Source: a virus | Taxonomy: Duplodnaviria; Caudoviricetes | IMG/VR virus record: IMGVR_UViG_3300010163_000003 | Location: 1 to 64,000 of that record | Direction: 5' to 3' (one strand) | DNA length: 64,000 bases | Shown here: one piece after another, positions 38,353 to 49,400 of the stretch | How positions within the stretch are numbered: the stretch's first letter is position 1 | Layout of the letters: every line of letters begins with the position of its first letter | Made by a program: the position numbers and the translations under genes | Notes under the pieces: model-generated | Told to the model about the DNA's origin: nothing | What the model saw: only the letters and a program-made list of their open reading frames with translations | Databases searched by the model: none

Positions 38353-39216
38353 ATGGATAATGTATCTAGGTTATGTCCTCATTGTGGCTCTGCTCAATTT
38401 ATGGCATTGAAACAATACGCATGTATTGTACAGGTGGATGGTCTTGGTCTTAACGATGTTCCAATTATAAATATCGTTAAAGAAGGCCCAAAGGGTCAGT
38501 ATGAGGTTAAAATATTTAAATGTCTTAAGTGTAAACATGACATTGATGTCAATGACTTGATTACTGGTGTCAAGTGTAAGCATTGCGGTAAGACTTGTTC
38601 TCCAGATGAAATTGACGAGAATGGCATCTGTGATACATGCAATATGATTATTAACAATCCTGCACTCGCAAATGCTTCTGCTGCGGATCTTCTTAAGCTT
38701 CTTGCGAAAGCATATCGTAAGAATAGTTCTGTGTCACAAAAGATTGAAAAGAAAGTAGAACATGCTACTCAGATAGAACAAAAGCTTAATGAAGAAAACA
38801 CAGCAGCAGACGACATTTTAAATGGAGTGACACCACAAGATGCAATACCACAGAAGAGGACTAGAAAGAAAGCTACGAGGAAAAATCCAGCGCCACAGGA
38901 GAATCAAGAAACAACGCAGGAAAGTAACGAAGCTGATGGGCATGTCGTATATGTACCTGATATACCCGCCGAAAGCGTCGTTCAAGAGAACAATGACAGT
39001 CAAGTACAACCTCCGACGCAGCCTGAGAATATACCAATAAATACTGAAGAAGCTCAAGCTGCTATAGCATCTGAACAAGATGCTCCGTTCCCTGATATTC
39101 CAACTCCGAGTATTCCAGACATGCCAACAGATGCTCAACAGTTTACTAATGCAGAGCCACCAGCACCTAGCGGATTCAATATGTTTGATGCTAGTGACGA
39201 TGATGAACCCTTCTAA
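38353..39216 (+). CDS. Multi-Zn-ribbon protein with acidic Pro-rich tail ending DDDEPF
   Basis: Four CxxC motifs. Confidence 0.6.
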   Translation: MDNVSRLCPHCGSAQFMALKQYACIVQVDGLGLNDVPIINIVKEGPKGQYEVKIFKCLKCKHDIDVNDLITGVKCKHCGKTCSPDEIDENGICDTCNMIINNPALANASAADLLKLLAKAYRKNSSVSQKIEKKVEHATQIEQKLNEENTAADDILNGVTPQDAIPQKRTRKKATRKNPAPQENQETTQESNEADGHVVYVPDIPAESVVQENNDSQVQPPTQPENIPINTEEAQAAIASEQDAPFPDIPTPSIPDMPTDAQQFTNAEPPAPSGFNMFDASDDDEPF

Positions 39217-39259
39217 GACAATATACACCACGGACAAATTGTCCGTGGTGTAATCCTTT

Positions 39260-40006
39260 ATGGAGGAAACAATGGATAATTATTTACCTTTTGAAGTTAC
39301 TCAAACCAGTAATGGTACAGAAATTAAACTTTATCCTGAACGTGTAACTGAAAGTTTATACGATAAACTATCAAAAGAAGATGCAAACTTAGGAGCAGAG
39401 TCAGTAAAGAATAGTATGCAATTCCATACTATTTATACTCATTTGTATAATCAGTGTTGCAACACTAACTGCTCCATTAAAGATGGTGATGAGTTTAGAG
39501 CGGTCCCTAATGGTAATGCACATGCTTCTGTGATGTTCATTAATAAAATGCCTACAACATATGAAACACGAAGCTATTATAGTGGCTGCGATAGAGCGGC
39601 TATATTCTTTTCTTTAATCTTACAAAAGTTAAATGTAAATAGAGATGATGTATACTTTACAGATTTAGTAAAATGTAGTCAGCCATTTCATGATGATTGT
39701 GTTAAGACATGCTTTGATACCTATCTCTCTAAGGAGATATATTATGTACAACCAAAAGTTATTATATTCAATGGCCTGTCCATGTTGAAAAGTTGTGCAG
39801 TATTGGGTATAATCAACGGCTTGCCTGATGACGCTAAGTATGGTATGATATATAATGTTACAATTGGAGCGTATCCAGCCCAAGTTATAGCAATCTATGA
39901 ATTAAATAGAGTCCTCAATAAGACTGGCGAAGATTATGAAAAATGTAAAACACAGTTATGGACTCAGATTTTAACAGCATTTAAAGCAAGTACAGGAGGT
40001 CAGTAA
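39260..40006 (+). CDS. Uracil-DNA glycosylase family-4-like protein (degenerate)
   Basis: VP.GN..A.VMFI, R.DVYFTD.VKC, YL..EI..VQPKVII. Confidence 0.6.
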   Translation: MEETMDNYLPFEVTQTSNGTEIKLYPERVTESLYDKLSKEDANLGAESVKNSMQFHTIYTHLYNQCCNTNCSIKDGDEFRAVPNGNAHASVMFINKMPTTYETRSYYSGCDRAAIFFSLILQKLNVNRDDVYFTDLVKCSQPFHDDCVKTCFDTYLSKEIYYVQPKVIIFNGLSMLKSCAVLGIINGLPDDAKYGMIYNVTIGAYPAQVIAIYELNRVLNKTGEDYEKCKTQLWTQILTAFKASTGGQ

Positions 40007-40007
40007 A

Positions 40008-40316
40008 ATGAATGTATCAAAAATCCGTATCAATGGCGCTCGTGTTCTCGTAAAAGAATTTAAGTATGAAGACAAGATGTCTTCTGGCATCATTGTATCA
40101 GGTCGTAGCAAGCAGCAAACTAATCAGGGTACAGTGGTTGCAGTAGGTGACGGAGCTATCCTTGAGAATGGTACTCGCGTTCCCATGCGCGTTAAAGAAG
40201 GGGATAGGGTAATCTATTCTGCATTCAGTGGTTCTCCCATCAAGGAAAAAGCAGATGACCCGGAAGAGTATCTCATCCTTAATGAGCGTGATATTCTCTG
40301 CATCATAGAGGATTAA
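40008..40316 (+). CDS. groES: Co-chaperonin GroES
   Basis: RVLVK, SGIIV, GTVVAVGDG, VKEGDRVIY, YLILNERDIL. Confidence 0.92.
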   Translation: MNVSKIRINGARVLVKEFKYEDKMSSGIIVSGRSKQQTNQGTVVAVGDGAILENGTRVPMRVKEGDRVIYSAFSGSPIKEKADDPEEYLILNERDILCIIED

Positions 40317-40320
40317 TACT

Positions 40321-40665
40321 ATGGTAGACTTCATTGAAATGTGGAAACCAATTCATATAATAAGGTCCATCCATGATAACAAAACGCATAAGATGTCTCA
40401 AAAAAGATATGAATATCATTCTTTTTGCAAGGTTATAGACGATTATCGTGACATGTATAAAGCTGATAAAGTTCTCTTCGATTTTGCGAAACACGATATA
40501 GCGCTTCATCGTTTATTCTTTGATGAACAGAAGAACACATATGCATATTCATTTACCATTGGCGATGTTCAGTTATGTGTTGAGATAGAAAAAGAAAGCC
40601 TTATGGATATGGTAAGAGAAATATATGGTGGAGTGTTAGACAACGATGATGCTAAAAATAACTAG
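40321..40665 (+). CDS. Hypothetical protein
   Basis: ORF in operon. Confidence 0.5.
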   Translation: MVDFIEMWKPIHIIRSIHDNKTHKMSQKRYEYHSFCKVIDDYRDMYKADKVLFDFAKHDIALHRLFFDEQKNTYAYSFTIGDVQLCVEIEKESLMDMVREIYGGVLDNDDAKNN

Positions 40666-41443
40666 CCGTTGCTCTATGGGATGTACCCATTGTATGAACG
40701 ATGCTCAATGTCCTGGCGAAGATATGGATCTCGAACTTATGGATTATGCTATGGATTTTGTTCAATTATATGGAGGCCCATTTCTTATCGTCAGCGGTGG
40801 AGAACCTACACAGCATAAAGATTTTATGGGTGCAATGAGAGTATTGAAAAACAGATATGCTTCTGCCCCGTCATTCTCTCCTATATATATTACAGTAACT
40901 ACTAATGGTTTGTGGTTACAAGAACATTATGATGAGTTTTTAATTCTTAAAAACGAATTTAAACATGGACCATTGGAAGAACATGAAACATTATTATGGC
41001 AAGTTACAAATGACCCAAGATATTATCCTGTGTCCTTGGATATGACTAATCCTGTTTTTGAAGAAGATTCTGTTATGGTTTTTAATGAAGTTCCTCAGAT
41101 TTATCCTCAAGGCAGAGCTGTTAAAAATAACTTACCATGGAAAGCTAAAGCATCAAAGTGTTTTAACATAAGATCTATTACTCATCAAATGGTAGATCGG
41201 TATAGACGTGCCGACCTTAGAGATATATTATTAACATTGGTATCTCATAATAAATTCTGTACTCCTCATATCGATATTAATGGCAATATTAAGTTAGGAG
41301 AAAGTGATTTGTGTCCAGTGTGTAGTAATATATTCAAAAGCTCAGACAAAATTGTTGATGATATATATTTTTTCCGTTGTAATAAATGCAAACATATTAA
41401 CGACAAATTATCTGACGAATATAAATCTCTTATTGGAGAATAA
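40646..41443 (+). CDS. Radical SAM protein
   Basis: CSMGCTHC (CxxxCxxC), SGGEP, TTNG. Confidence 0.85.
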   Translation: MMLKITSRCSMGCTHCMNDAQCPGEDMDLELMDYAMDFVQLYGGPFLIVSGGEPTQHKDFMGAMRVLKNRYASAPSFSPIYITVTTNGLWLQEHYDEFLILKNEFKHGPLEEHETLLWQVTNDPRYYPVSLDMTNPVFEEDSVMVFNEVPQIYPQGRAVKNNLPWKAKASKCFNIRSITHQMVDRYRRADLRDILLTLVSHNKFCTPHIDINGNIKLGESDLCPVCSNIFKSSDKIVDDIYFFRCNKCKHINDKLSDEYKSLIGE

Positions 41444-41457
41444 AAAGGAGGTTCCGT

Positions 41458-42651
41458 ATGTTTGAAATTTCCATTGAGCAATCAGTGTTGGCTAAAGCTA
41501 TAGAGTATTTAGAACCAACTGTAGGTAAGAATACTAAAGGCTTAGGAGATAATTGTATTAGTATGTGTACTACTAACCACAATACTGTCGAATTGTATAC
41601 ACTTAATACAGTTGAATGCACTGCGCTTGAGGCCATTGTATCGTTTAGTTCTGCTCCTAATGAAGTTGCTCCGTATGTAGACTTCAAACGATTCAAGACA
41701 ATAATCTTATCTATTCCTGCTAATGAAATTATATCTATTAAAGAAGGCATTAATAAGATAGACATTTCATTTGGATTAAATAAACGTCCAGTAAGTTTAG
41801 TTGGATGTAATAATGGTATGATACCAAGACCAATGGCTCAGTCTAGTGCTAACGCTAATTGCATTTCTATACCAAAGAATCTTGTACAGCGTACTTTAAC
41901 AAGAGCATGCGCTATTATAACAGATAGCAATTCTGCTCCAATATATAATTGCATTCGTTTTTCTTCTCATATGAATAATATTGAAGCAACTGCTCTTGAT
42001 ATCTCACGTAAGCGTACCTTCGTAGAACACGGTAAAGCTGTATGCAATAATCCTGATGACGAAGTGCTTGTCGAAGCATCTAAACTTAAGAAATCTATGA
42101 AGTTATTTGAAGACTATAACGAAATAGAATTTACCATGGATTGTTCTGTCATACAGCTTAAAGCGGCAGACCCTGTTGCCCAGAATTCTATGAAGACAAA
42201 GGGCATGATAGATAATATCAGATACTTTTGCCAGCGTATCTCAGGTAACTTTCCAAATAATATTGGAAAAAACTTTTCAACATTACCTAATGAATTCATT
42301 GAGCTTAATGTCGATGATATATATAAATGCTTCACCCGCATTAAAGCTATAGAAGACAAGACTAGCGCTGGTGTCATTAATTTTGACGCTAATAACAATG
42401 GTGTTATCATATCTATGAATACAACATGCGGAAATGTAGAGGAAGAAATATCTTCTGTTCAATATACGAATAGTTTATTCAGTGTAAAGTTTAAGTATCC
42501 AGATATTATGGATATCTTAAAGGTAATTGGGACTGGAACATTTGAAATAGGTGTCCTTCCAAAGTACCCTAATAACTATATCGTAAGAGCAACTGGACAA
42601 ACGGATGTCATGTTTACTGTCCCAATCATGGCTGGAGCTAACGCTCCATAA
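41458..42651 (+). CDS. dnaN: DNA polymerase III beta sliding clamp-like protein
   Basis: About 397 aa three-domain size, ATALD...R, RISGNFPN, C-terminal F.VP; upstream of dnaE. Confidence 0.7.
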   Translation: MFEISIEQSVLAKAIEYLEPTVGKNTKGLGDNCISMCTTNHNTVELYTLNTVECTALEAIVSFSSAPNEVAPYVDFKRFKTIILSIPANEIISIKEGINKIDISFGLNKRPVSLVGCNNGMIPRPMAQSSANANCISIPKNLVQRTLTRACAIITDSNSAPIYNCIRFSSHMNNIEATALDISRKRTFVEHGKAVCNNPDDEVLVEASKLKKSMKLFEDYNEIEFTMDCSVIQLKAADPVAQNSMKTKGMIDNIRYFCQRISGNFPNNIGKNFSTLPNEFIELNVDDIYKCFTRIKAIEDKTSAGVINFDANNNGVIISMNTTCGNVEEEISSVQYTNSLFSVKFKYPDIMDILKVIGTGTFEIGVLPKYPNNYIVRATGQTDVMFTVPIMAGANAP

Positions 42652-42666
42652 CAAATACTATTTACA

Positions 42667-43146
42667 ATGTCAACAAATGCTACGAAAAAGACTATAGTGG
42701 TTTTAGATCCTAGTGGTCTTTTTCTAAGCTTTTGTACTTGGAAGAAAGCATTTAAGTTATTGTGCCGGGGACGGGCCGTTCGCTTGAACGTTAACACCAT
42801 AAAGTTAAACGAAACACCTCAAATGCGGAGACAGCGTAGGCGTAATATCATTCTAAGAGACGGAGACACATGTTACATATGTGGTCAGCGTGTCATTAGA
42901 AAAGGTAATGCAACCATTGACCATGTAGTTCCCAAGTCCAAAAGCAATAAGGCAGACGTATATGGTAATATGAAATGTTGTTGTGATAGATGTAATTCAG
43001 ATAAAGGGAATATGATGCCTTCTGAATACATTAAACATATTCTTGATAATAGAGAACGATATGATTATATATCAGATAAAAGGCTCAAAGATTTATCTCT
43101 GTTGTTTAAAGAATATGAAGAATTATTCACAGAAAAGGAAGAGTAA
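42667..43146 (+). CDS. HNH endonuclease
   Basis: RD..TCYICG, TIDHVVPKS, N..CCC..CN..K. Confidence 0.85.
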   Translation: MSTNATKKTIVVLDPSGLFLSFCTWKKAFKLLCRGRAVRLNVNTIKLNETPQMRRQRRRNIILRDGDTCYICGQRVIRKGNATIDHVVPKSKSNKADVYGNMKCCCDRCNSDKGNMMPSEYIKHILDNRERYDYISDKRLKDLSLLFKEYEELFTEKEE

Positions 43147-43147
43147 T

Positions 43148-44335
43148 ATGATTGAATATGCTCAACTTCATTGTCATACTAAATATTCTATACAAGATGG
43201 AATGCCATCTCATAAAGATTATGTAGATGCCATTTATAATGCTAATGAAAAGAGTGATAAATATAAATGCGTTGGCTTTGCAGCTACGGATCATGGTGTT
43301 ATCTACGGACTAGCTCAGCAGTATAACGCATGTAATAACCCCGATCATAAAGAACGAATAACTAAAGCTATCTATGGATGTGAAGTATATCACTGTATAG
43401 ATATAAATAATAATCCAAATAAAGATAGGTTCCATCTCGTTCTTCTTGCAAAAAATCAAAAAGGATTAACCAATCTATATCAGATAGTTTCTCATGCAGG
43501 TATGCATCCTATACATGGTAGGTCAAAAGATTTTCCAACTACTGACTTAGAATATATGACTATGCATGGTGAAGGAATCATAGCTCTTACTGCCTGCCTA
43601 GGTGGATTGATACCAAAGTTAATTCAAGCAGGAGATATAACAAAAGCAGAAGGATTTCTTCAATGTATGATGCATATATTTGATGAGGTTTGCTTAGAAG
43701 TACAGCCTCATGATATGCCTGAGCAACTTATGGTTAATCAAACTTTGGTACAGCTATCTAAAAAATATAATCTGAAGTTAGTAATGACTTCTGATAGTCA
43801 CTATATACATGCAAGTGACTCACAGTATCATGACATATTAAAGAACATGTGTCATCAAAAGCCATTCAGTACAAGCAATCATATGTTCTTAGCAGAAGAA
43901 ATGGAACAGTACTGTATTAAAAATAATATTCCATTGGAATGTATATCTAATACTGGATTGATTGCTAAGGAATGTAACGTTGACCCTAAACCTAAAGATA
44001 ATAGAGGATTATTACCTGTATATAAATGTCCTCCAGGGTTTACAGAAGAGACTCTTCTTCGTAAAGTAGCATATGAAGGGCTACAAGAAAAAATGATTAA
44101 GAACAACGTGAGCAATCCCGTAAAATATTTTAAGCAAATGAACTATGAACTTGAAGTAATATGTGGACAAGGATTTGCTAGTTATTTCTTAATCTTATGG
44201 GATTGGTTTCAATGGTGTAGGCAACAAGGCATATTATTAGGCCCAGGACGTGGTAGTGCTGCTGGTAGTATAGTGTCTTATGCATTGAATCTTACGAAAG
44301 TAGACCCAATAAAGAATGAGTTTTATTTTGAGCGT
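43148..44335 (+). CDS. dnaE: DNA polymerase III alpha, exon 1 (PHP domain to FER)
   Basis: LHCHTKYS..DG, TDHG, GPGRGSAAGS. Confidence 0.92.
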
Positions 44336-45483
44336 TGAAGAGAGAAGGCGCTCCGAAGCAGGCTATGGCGACCTGTGGACAAAAACTCCGTTAAAAGGGG
44401 AACGAAGCTTTTCAAGCCAATCCCTTACCAAGTCTGTAAAGAAATTTACAGATAGTGTCTAACGACTAGAGTTGAGGCGTTCAGCTAATAATTACTCCAA
44501 GAAAGCGGGGAAACTATAATACTTGACAATATATCTAATAAGTGTTATTATTTTGATAGAAATAAGAGACACGAAAGGATTGAGTCAAATGCCATTAAAA
44601 GAAACTTATATTAAACGTGTAAATGGAAAAGAATATTTATGTCATAGAAAATCTTATGAACATCAATGCAAATATTGCAATAAAACTTTTTACAGTCATA
44701 AGAATGTTCAACATTATTGTAGTCGTTCATGTAAATCAAAAGATTATTCATATAAAACTAGAGATAACTTGAACGGGTTCAGTTATAACGATGAATCTTT
44801 CTTTGAAAATAAAATTGATACAGAAAATAAAGCATATGTTCTAGGATTATTTATGGCGGATGGTAGTATTTCTAACAATCAAATATCGATTAGTTTGAAT
44901 GATTTGGATATCATTGAACAAATAAGAGATATGGTAAATCCAAATCGCAAAGTATATCATAATAAAAATTCGCATACCATAGTATGGAGAAATAAAGAAG
45001 ACTTAGACTTCTTAAAATCCATTGGAGTCACCATTAAAAAATCATACGATGCCAGAATATATTTTGGGATACCAAAAGAATTAATGCATCATTATATTCG
45101 TGGATGGTTTGATGGAGATGGTTGCGTATTTCAGAGTAAGACACATGATAAAAAAACTAATAAAGATTATTATTATAATTATGTGTCTTTCACTACTGGC
45201 AGTGTTGATTTCATAAAAGATTTACAAACAGTATTATCTGAAAATGGAATAAGCACAACATATAATGAAGATTGTAGAAAAGCTACATGGTACGTAACTA
45301 TAAAGAAAAAAGGTATGGTACAAAAATTCTTTCAGTATATTTACAAAGATGCTAATATTAAGTTAAATAGAAAGTATTATAAGTTTATGAGATAGTCTAA
45401 CCTGGATTGGAATTGACCAATCGATGCAAATGAGTGAGAACTCCAGAGTGCAAGATAAAGAGCTTGCAGCTAATAACAAAATG
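44336..45483 (+). ncRNA. Group I intron 1 of dnaE
   Basis: Exon ends gagcgt, IGS ggcgctc; R ctaacgacta 44459-44468; S gagatagtc; ends aaatg before FLSPQR. Confidence 0.88.
44589..45395 (+). CDS. Intron-encoded LAGLIDADG homing endonuclease
   Basis: AYVLGLFMADG and IRGWFDGDG; own promoter TTGACA-17-TATTAT 44523-44551 and RBS before ATG 44589. Confidence 0.88.
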   Translation: MPLKETYIKRVNGKEYLCHRKSYEHQCKYCNKTFYSHKNVQHYCSRSCKSKDYSYKTRDNLNGFSYNDESFFENKIDTENKAYVLGLFMADGSISNNQISISLNDLDIIEQIRDMVNPNRKVYHNKNSHTIVWRNKEDLDFLKSIGVTIKKSYDARIYFGIPKELMHHYIRGWFDGDGCVFQSKTHDKKTNKDYYYNYVSFTTGSVDFIKDLQTVLSENGISTTYNEDCRKATWYVTIKKKGMVQKFFQYIYKDANIKLNRKYYKFMR

Positions 45484-45522
45484 TTTCTTTCTCCTCAACG
45501 AAGAGATTTGCCTGACATTGAT
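45484..45522 (+). CDS. dnaE: DNA polymerase III alpha, 39-nt micro-exon 2 (FLSPQRRDLPDID)
   Basis: Completes FER|FLSPQRRDLPDID|TD conserved palm motif. Confidence 0.9.
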
Positions 45523-46803
45523 AAATTAAGGGTTGCTTAATTTCAAAAGTCATGATATAATTAGCCTATCATTGATACAGATGTCTGTATTATAGAAAGG
45601 TGAATATCATGGCAAAACGTTATGATAAAGAAATTGAAGAAAAAATTGTTGACGCATATAATAGTGGATTGAGTGCATATAAAATTGTAGAAGCAATCCC
45701 TGAATTATATGGCAAGAGACCAAGTGTCATTTACGGTGTGCTTAAAAGATTAGGTATTCAAGTTAGAAGACCTACTATTGTTACTGATGAACAAAAAATT
45801 AAACGTCGTAAGTTTCATGTACAAGATGATTTCTTTTCTGTTATTAATACAGAAGAAAAAGCATATTGGTTAGGATTTATATATGCAGATGGCTATATAA
45901 AAACTAATGCTGATGTTATAGGTATTTCGTTAGCAGAAGCAGACATAAATCATCTTGAAACTTTTAAGCAATCTATAAAGTTTACTGGCAAAGTTAAAAA
46001 ATATGTAGAAACTCAAGGCTATAATGCGGGAGCTACATATGCAAGAATTATAGTAACCAGTAAACAAATGAAAAATGATCTAATAAAACTTGGAGTAAAA
46101 GAAAAGAAAACTAATATATTAACATTTCCTACTGAGGATCAAGTTTCACCTCATCTTTTAAATCATTTCTTAAGAGGATATTTTGATGGTGATGGATGTT
46201 TAACACACCTTAACCAGCGAAAAAGTGGAATATGGGAATGGGCTTTAAAAATAATCGGGACACGCGAAATGTTAGAAGGTTTTCAAAATTTCTTTGGTAA
46301 GCATATAAAATTATATCAACGATTTCCAGAACGCAATGTTAATAACTATAGTTTAGAATACGGTGGAAATCAACAAGTTAAAAAATTCATGGATATGTTA
46401 TATGCTAACGCAACAATTTATCTCAATAGAAAATTCCAAAAATATAAGCAACTTTTGTCGTCCATGGTTGACGCTACAGAAAACCATGGATTATGAATGC
46501 GGAATTAAGCTGGAACCGAGAGGAACCAGAACCGAAGGCGTAGTTTATAAACTACTAAACCATATAAGTTTTAAACGAAATTGGTAATGTCTGTAATATC
46601 AGACAGTCAGGGGCAACGGGTAGAAGATGAAATAATTCTTCCACGAGACCGCATTAACTTTGTAGCTGAAATAATGAGTTAAAAAGTTACCCTAGCCTGG
46701 GCATGAATTAACATGCCGATAACATAGACTACGAGGAATCTATGAAATGAGGTTATCAAGCCTCCAGAGGATAGGATAAAAAGCCTATCGTTAATAACAA
46801 GCG
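45523..46803 (+). ncRNA. Group I intron 2 of dnaE
   Basis: U|...G| boundaries; covariant P7 gcaacgggta / aagttaccc; removal restores PDID|TDVPRDRR. Confidence 0.85.
45609..46496 (+). CDS. Intron-encoded LAGLIDADG homing endonuclease
   Basis: AYWLGFIYADG and LRGYFDGDG; promoter TTGCTT-17-TATAAT 45533-45561. Confidence 0.88.
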   Translation: MAKRYDKEIEEKIVDAYNSGLSAYKIVEAIPELYGKRPSVIYGVLKRLGIQVRRPTIVTDEQKIKRRKFHVQDDFFSVINTEEKAYWLGFIYADGYIKTNADVIGISLAEADINHLETFKQSIKFTGKVKKYVETQGYNAGATYARIIVTSKQMKNDLIKLGVKEKKTNILTFPTEDQVSPHLLNHFLRGYFDGDGCLTHLNQRKSGIWEWALKIIGTREMLEGFQNFFGKHIKLYQRFPERNVNNYSLEYGGNQQVKKFMDMLYANATIYLNRKFQKYKQLLSSMVDATENHGL

Positions 46804-49038
46804 ACAGATGTTCCTCGTGACCGTAGGGCGGAAGCCATTGAATATCTAAAAACTAAGTATGGCGAGGCGAACGTTAGTCAAATAGTAACCTTTGGTGAGT
46901 ATAAAATAAAGAATACTATCAAAGCTATTATGTCTATGCTTGGCTGTAGCTTTCAGGAATCTAATGAAGTTACTAAAAACATACCAGACATTGTAGATGG
47001 CAATGCAGTAACTTATGAACTCATAGAAGATGTAGCATTACATCCTGATAAAGATAAGTATGCTACTATGTCTGAAAGTGATAAAAACAGTCTTGGTAAG
47101 ATATATAATAAACTCAAAGAACTATTTCAAAAGTATCCATTAATATATAGTGGCGTTAAAAATGTTTGTGGATGTCTAGCTAGCACGGGTATTCATGCTG
47201 GTGGTGTAATTATATCCAGCAAACCAATAAATGAAAACGCTGCTATTATTGATGGAGGAGATACAGCGGTACTTCCATTAGTACAGGTAGAGATGACTGA
47301 TTTGGATTTCTTTGGTCTTCTCAAATATGATCTTCTTGGTTTAAAGACTCTTGATGTCATTAAGAAAACCATGGAACTTACTGGTCTTGATTATGACTGG
47401 TATGATTCTGAAGACTTTAGTGATTCTGCTGTATATGATATGTTAAGGAATGGAGAGACTACAGATGTCTTTCAACTCTCTACTTTCACTCCTACCAGTA
47501 TGCTGGTGGATTTTAACGTGCGTGATATTGATGGTATCTGTGCAGTTAATGCCGGAAACAGACCCGGTCCGCTTGAAAAGGATAAGACTAGCGGTAAATC
47601 TATGGTTGACACTCTCGCTGAGCGTACTAGGGTGGGTACTTTTGAAGGATTTCATCCAGATATTGATCCAGTACTTGAGAAGACTATGGGATGTGTCTGG
47701 TATCAAGAACATGTTATTAAGATTGGTCAGATAATGGCTGGATATAATCTCGGTGATGCTGATAGTCGTATTCGTAAAGTATTAGGTAAGAAATTAAAGA
47801 AAAAGATACCTGAAATACGTAATGAATTTATTTATGGTAAAACATCTGTGTATGATGAAGACCATAATGTAATTGGCATTGGTGATTCTCCTTCACCTTA
47901 TTGTGAAGGAAGTCTTGCTAGAGGATATAGCTTAGAACTTTCTGAAAAGATATTTGATATCATGGAAGCCTTCGCTAAGTATTCTTTTAATAGATCCCAT
48001 TCATTTTGTTATGGAGTGTTAGCATATAAGACTGCATGGCTGTCTCTTCATTATCCAGCAGAATTTGCAGTAGCAAACTGTACTATCAATGGAGAAACAG
48101 AAGCTATCACTTCTACTCTTGCTCTTGCAAAACGTCGTAAGATACCTATTCTTCCACCTGATATAAATCATTCACAGATAGGATTCAGCCTTGATAATGG
48201 AGCTATCAGATACGGACTTAAAGCCATTAAAGGTATTGGTAGTTCTGTATTGAACTTCATTGAAAGATATAAAACATTGGACACAGTACCGTTTAAAGAT
48301 TTCGATGATTATTATAATAGGATTCATGACGTAAATAATCCTGTTGTAATACAGTTAATAAATGAAATCAGACAACGTACTGGTAAACAAAGTCCTAATC
48401 CTATGAAGAAGGATGTCGAATTAGCTCTCATATTGTCTGGAGCATTTGATTATTGTGAAAGCAATAGGTACGCTTTGCTTTATCATTATATTGCAGACAT
48501 TCGTAAAGAAAAATCTTGCAAGGTAATGGGCGAAGATATTGATGTTATTGATAAAGATAAATTATCTAAGCAATACAAACGTAAAGTTAAACTTGCTTTA
48601 GAGAAACATTATATGGGTAGTTATATATCTGAACATCCTCTTGACCCATTCCCCTATACTGATTTCGATTCTTGTAAAGAGAATGAGACAATTAAGACTT
48701 CTGGTATTGTTATCAGTGTTTCTTTAAAGCAAACAAAGAAAGGCAGTTCGTTTATATCAATGAGAATTAAGTCTAAAGATGATATAGAAAGAACTGTTAA
48801 TGTGTTTAATGAAAAACAGATTGATTCCATTAAACAAAATGTAAAGAAGAACTCTATTGTGATTGTAACTGGTAAAGTAAGCAAAAAATTTAATAATATT
48901 AATGCTTCTTCTGTGTCGCCTGTCGCATTTAAGAAACAGACTATTGATACAGAACAGCTTGATATCAATGTACAAGATACCAAGCAAGCTCCAGTTATAC
49001 CTCCAGTAGAATCTGTAGGATATGGCAGCATCTTCTGA
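46804..49038 (+). CDS. dnaE: DNA polymerase III alpha, exon 3
   Basis: GIHAGGV, LLKYDLLGL, YQE, YSFNRSH, IRYGL.AIKGIG; spliced DnaE about 1153 aa. Confidence 0.92.
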   Translation, partial: TDVPRDRRAEAIEYLKTKYGEANVSQIVTFGEYKIKNTIKAIMSMLGCSFQESNEVTKNIPDIVDGNAVTYELIEDVALHPDKDKYATMSESDKNSLGKIYNKLKELFQKYPLIYSGVKNVCGCLASTGIHAGGVIISSKPINENAAIIDGGDTAVLPLVQVEMTDLDFFGLLKYDLLGLKTLDVIKKTMELTGLDYDWYDSEDFSDSAVYDMLRNGETTDVFQLSTFTPTSMLVDFNVRDIDGICAVNAGNRPGPLEKDKTSGKSMVDTLAERTRVGTFEGFHPDIDPVLEKTMGCVWYQEHVIKIGQIMAGYNLGDADSRIRKVLGKKLKKKIPEIRNEFIYGKTSVYDEDHNVIGIGDSPSPYCEGSLARGYSLELSEKIFDIMEAFAKYSFNRSHSFCYGVLAYKTAWLSLHYPAEFAVANCTINGETEAITSTLALAKRRKIPILPPDINHSQIGFSLDNGAIRYGLKAIKGIGSSVLNFIERYKTLDTVPFKDFDDYYNRIHDVNNPVVIQLINEIRQRTGKQSPNPMKKDVELALILSGAFDYCESNRYALLYHYIADIRKEKSCKVMGEDIDVIDKDKLSKQYKRKVKLALEKHYMGSYISEHPLDPFPYTDFDSCKENETIKTSGIVISVSLKQTKKGSSFISMRIKSKDDIERTVNVFNEKQIDSIKQNVKKNSIVIVTGKVSKKFNNINASSVSPVAFKKQTIDTEQLDINVQDTKQAPVIPPVESVGYGSIF

Positions 49039-49052
49039 TATGTAACTTAACA

Positions 49053-49081
49053 TTGCACCCTCGCCTAAAATATTGTATAAT
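49053..49081 (+). promoter_or_regulatory. SigA-type promoter
   Basis: TTGCAC-17bp-TATAAT. Confidence 0.6.
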
Positions 49082-49107
49082 ATTAATATAAAGGAGTGGG
49101 TGCAATT

Positions 49108-49353
49108 ATGCTTAGTGATGAAGTAATGAATTATATGTTGGCTAAAGCATATAGAGACTCTATAGCAAAGACTAAGCCACCTGTTGTTAAGCGAGACATA
49201 TCAGAAGAAGAAGCCTTACAGATATTTAATGAAATAGTAGAGTTATACAAATCACATAATGTGTCTTATCAGTGTGCTTGTAGGCTTACTATGGCATTGA
49301 ATCATGCATTTCTAACTGGCGCTGTAGAGTTATACGAACGTGAAATGAACTAG
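49108..49353 (+). CDS. Hypothetical protein
   Basis: aaggag RBS. Confidence 0.55.
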   Translation: MLSDEVMNYMLAKAYRDSIAKTKPPVVKRDISEEEALQIFNEIVELYKSHNVSYQCACRLTMALNHAFLTGAVELYEREMN

Positions 49354-49400
49354 CGCTAACGCGCTTATATCGTAATATTATACAAAGGAGAAATAACATT

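Noticed and set aside
44523-44588. ORF-track N-terminal extensions of intron HEGs (also 52634 and 19347) and of 21751, 23700 and 43043
   Set aside because: The upstream starts fall in -35 boxes, tRNA exon, guide module or RBS sequence; downstream ATGs have proper RBSs.
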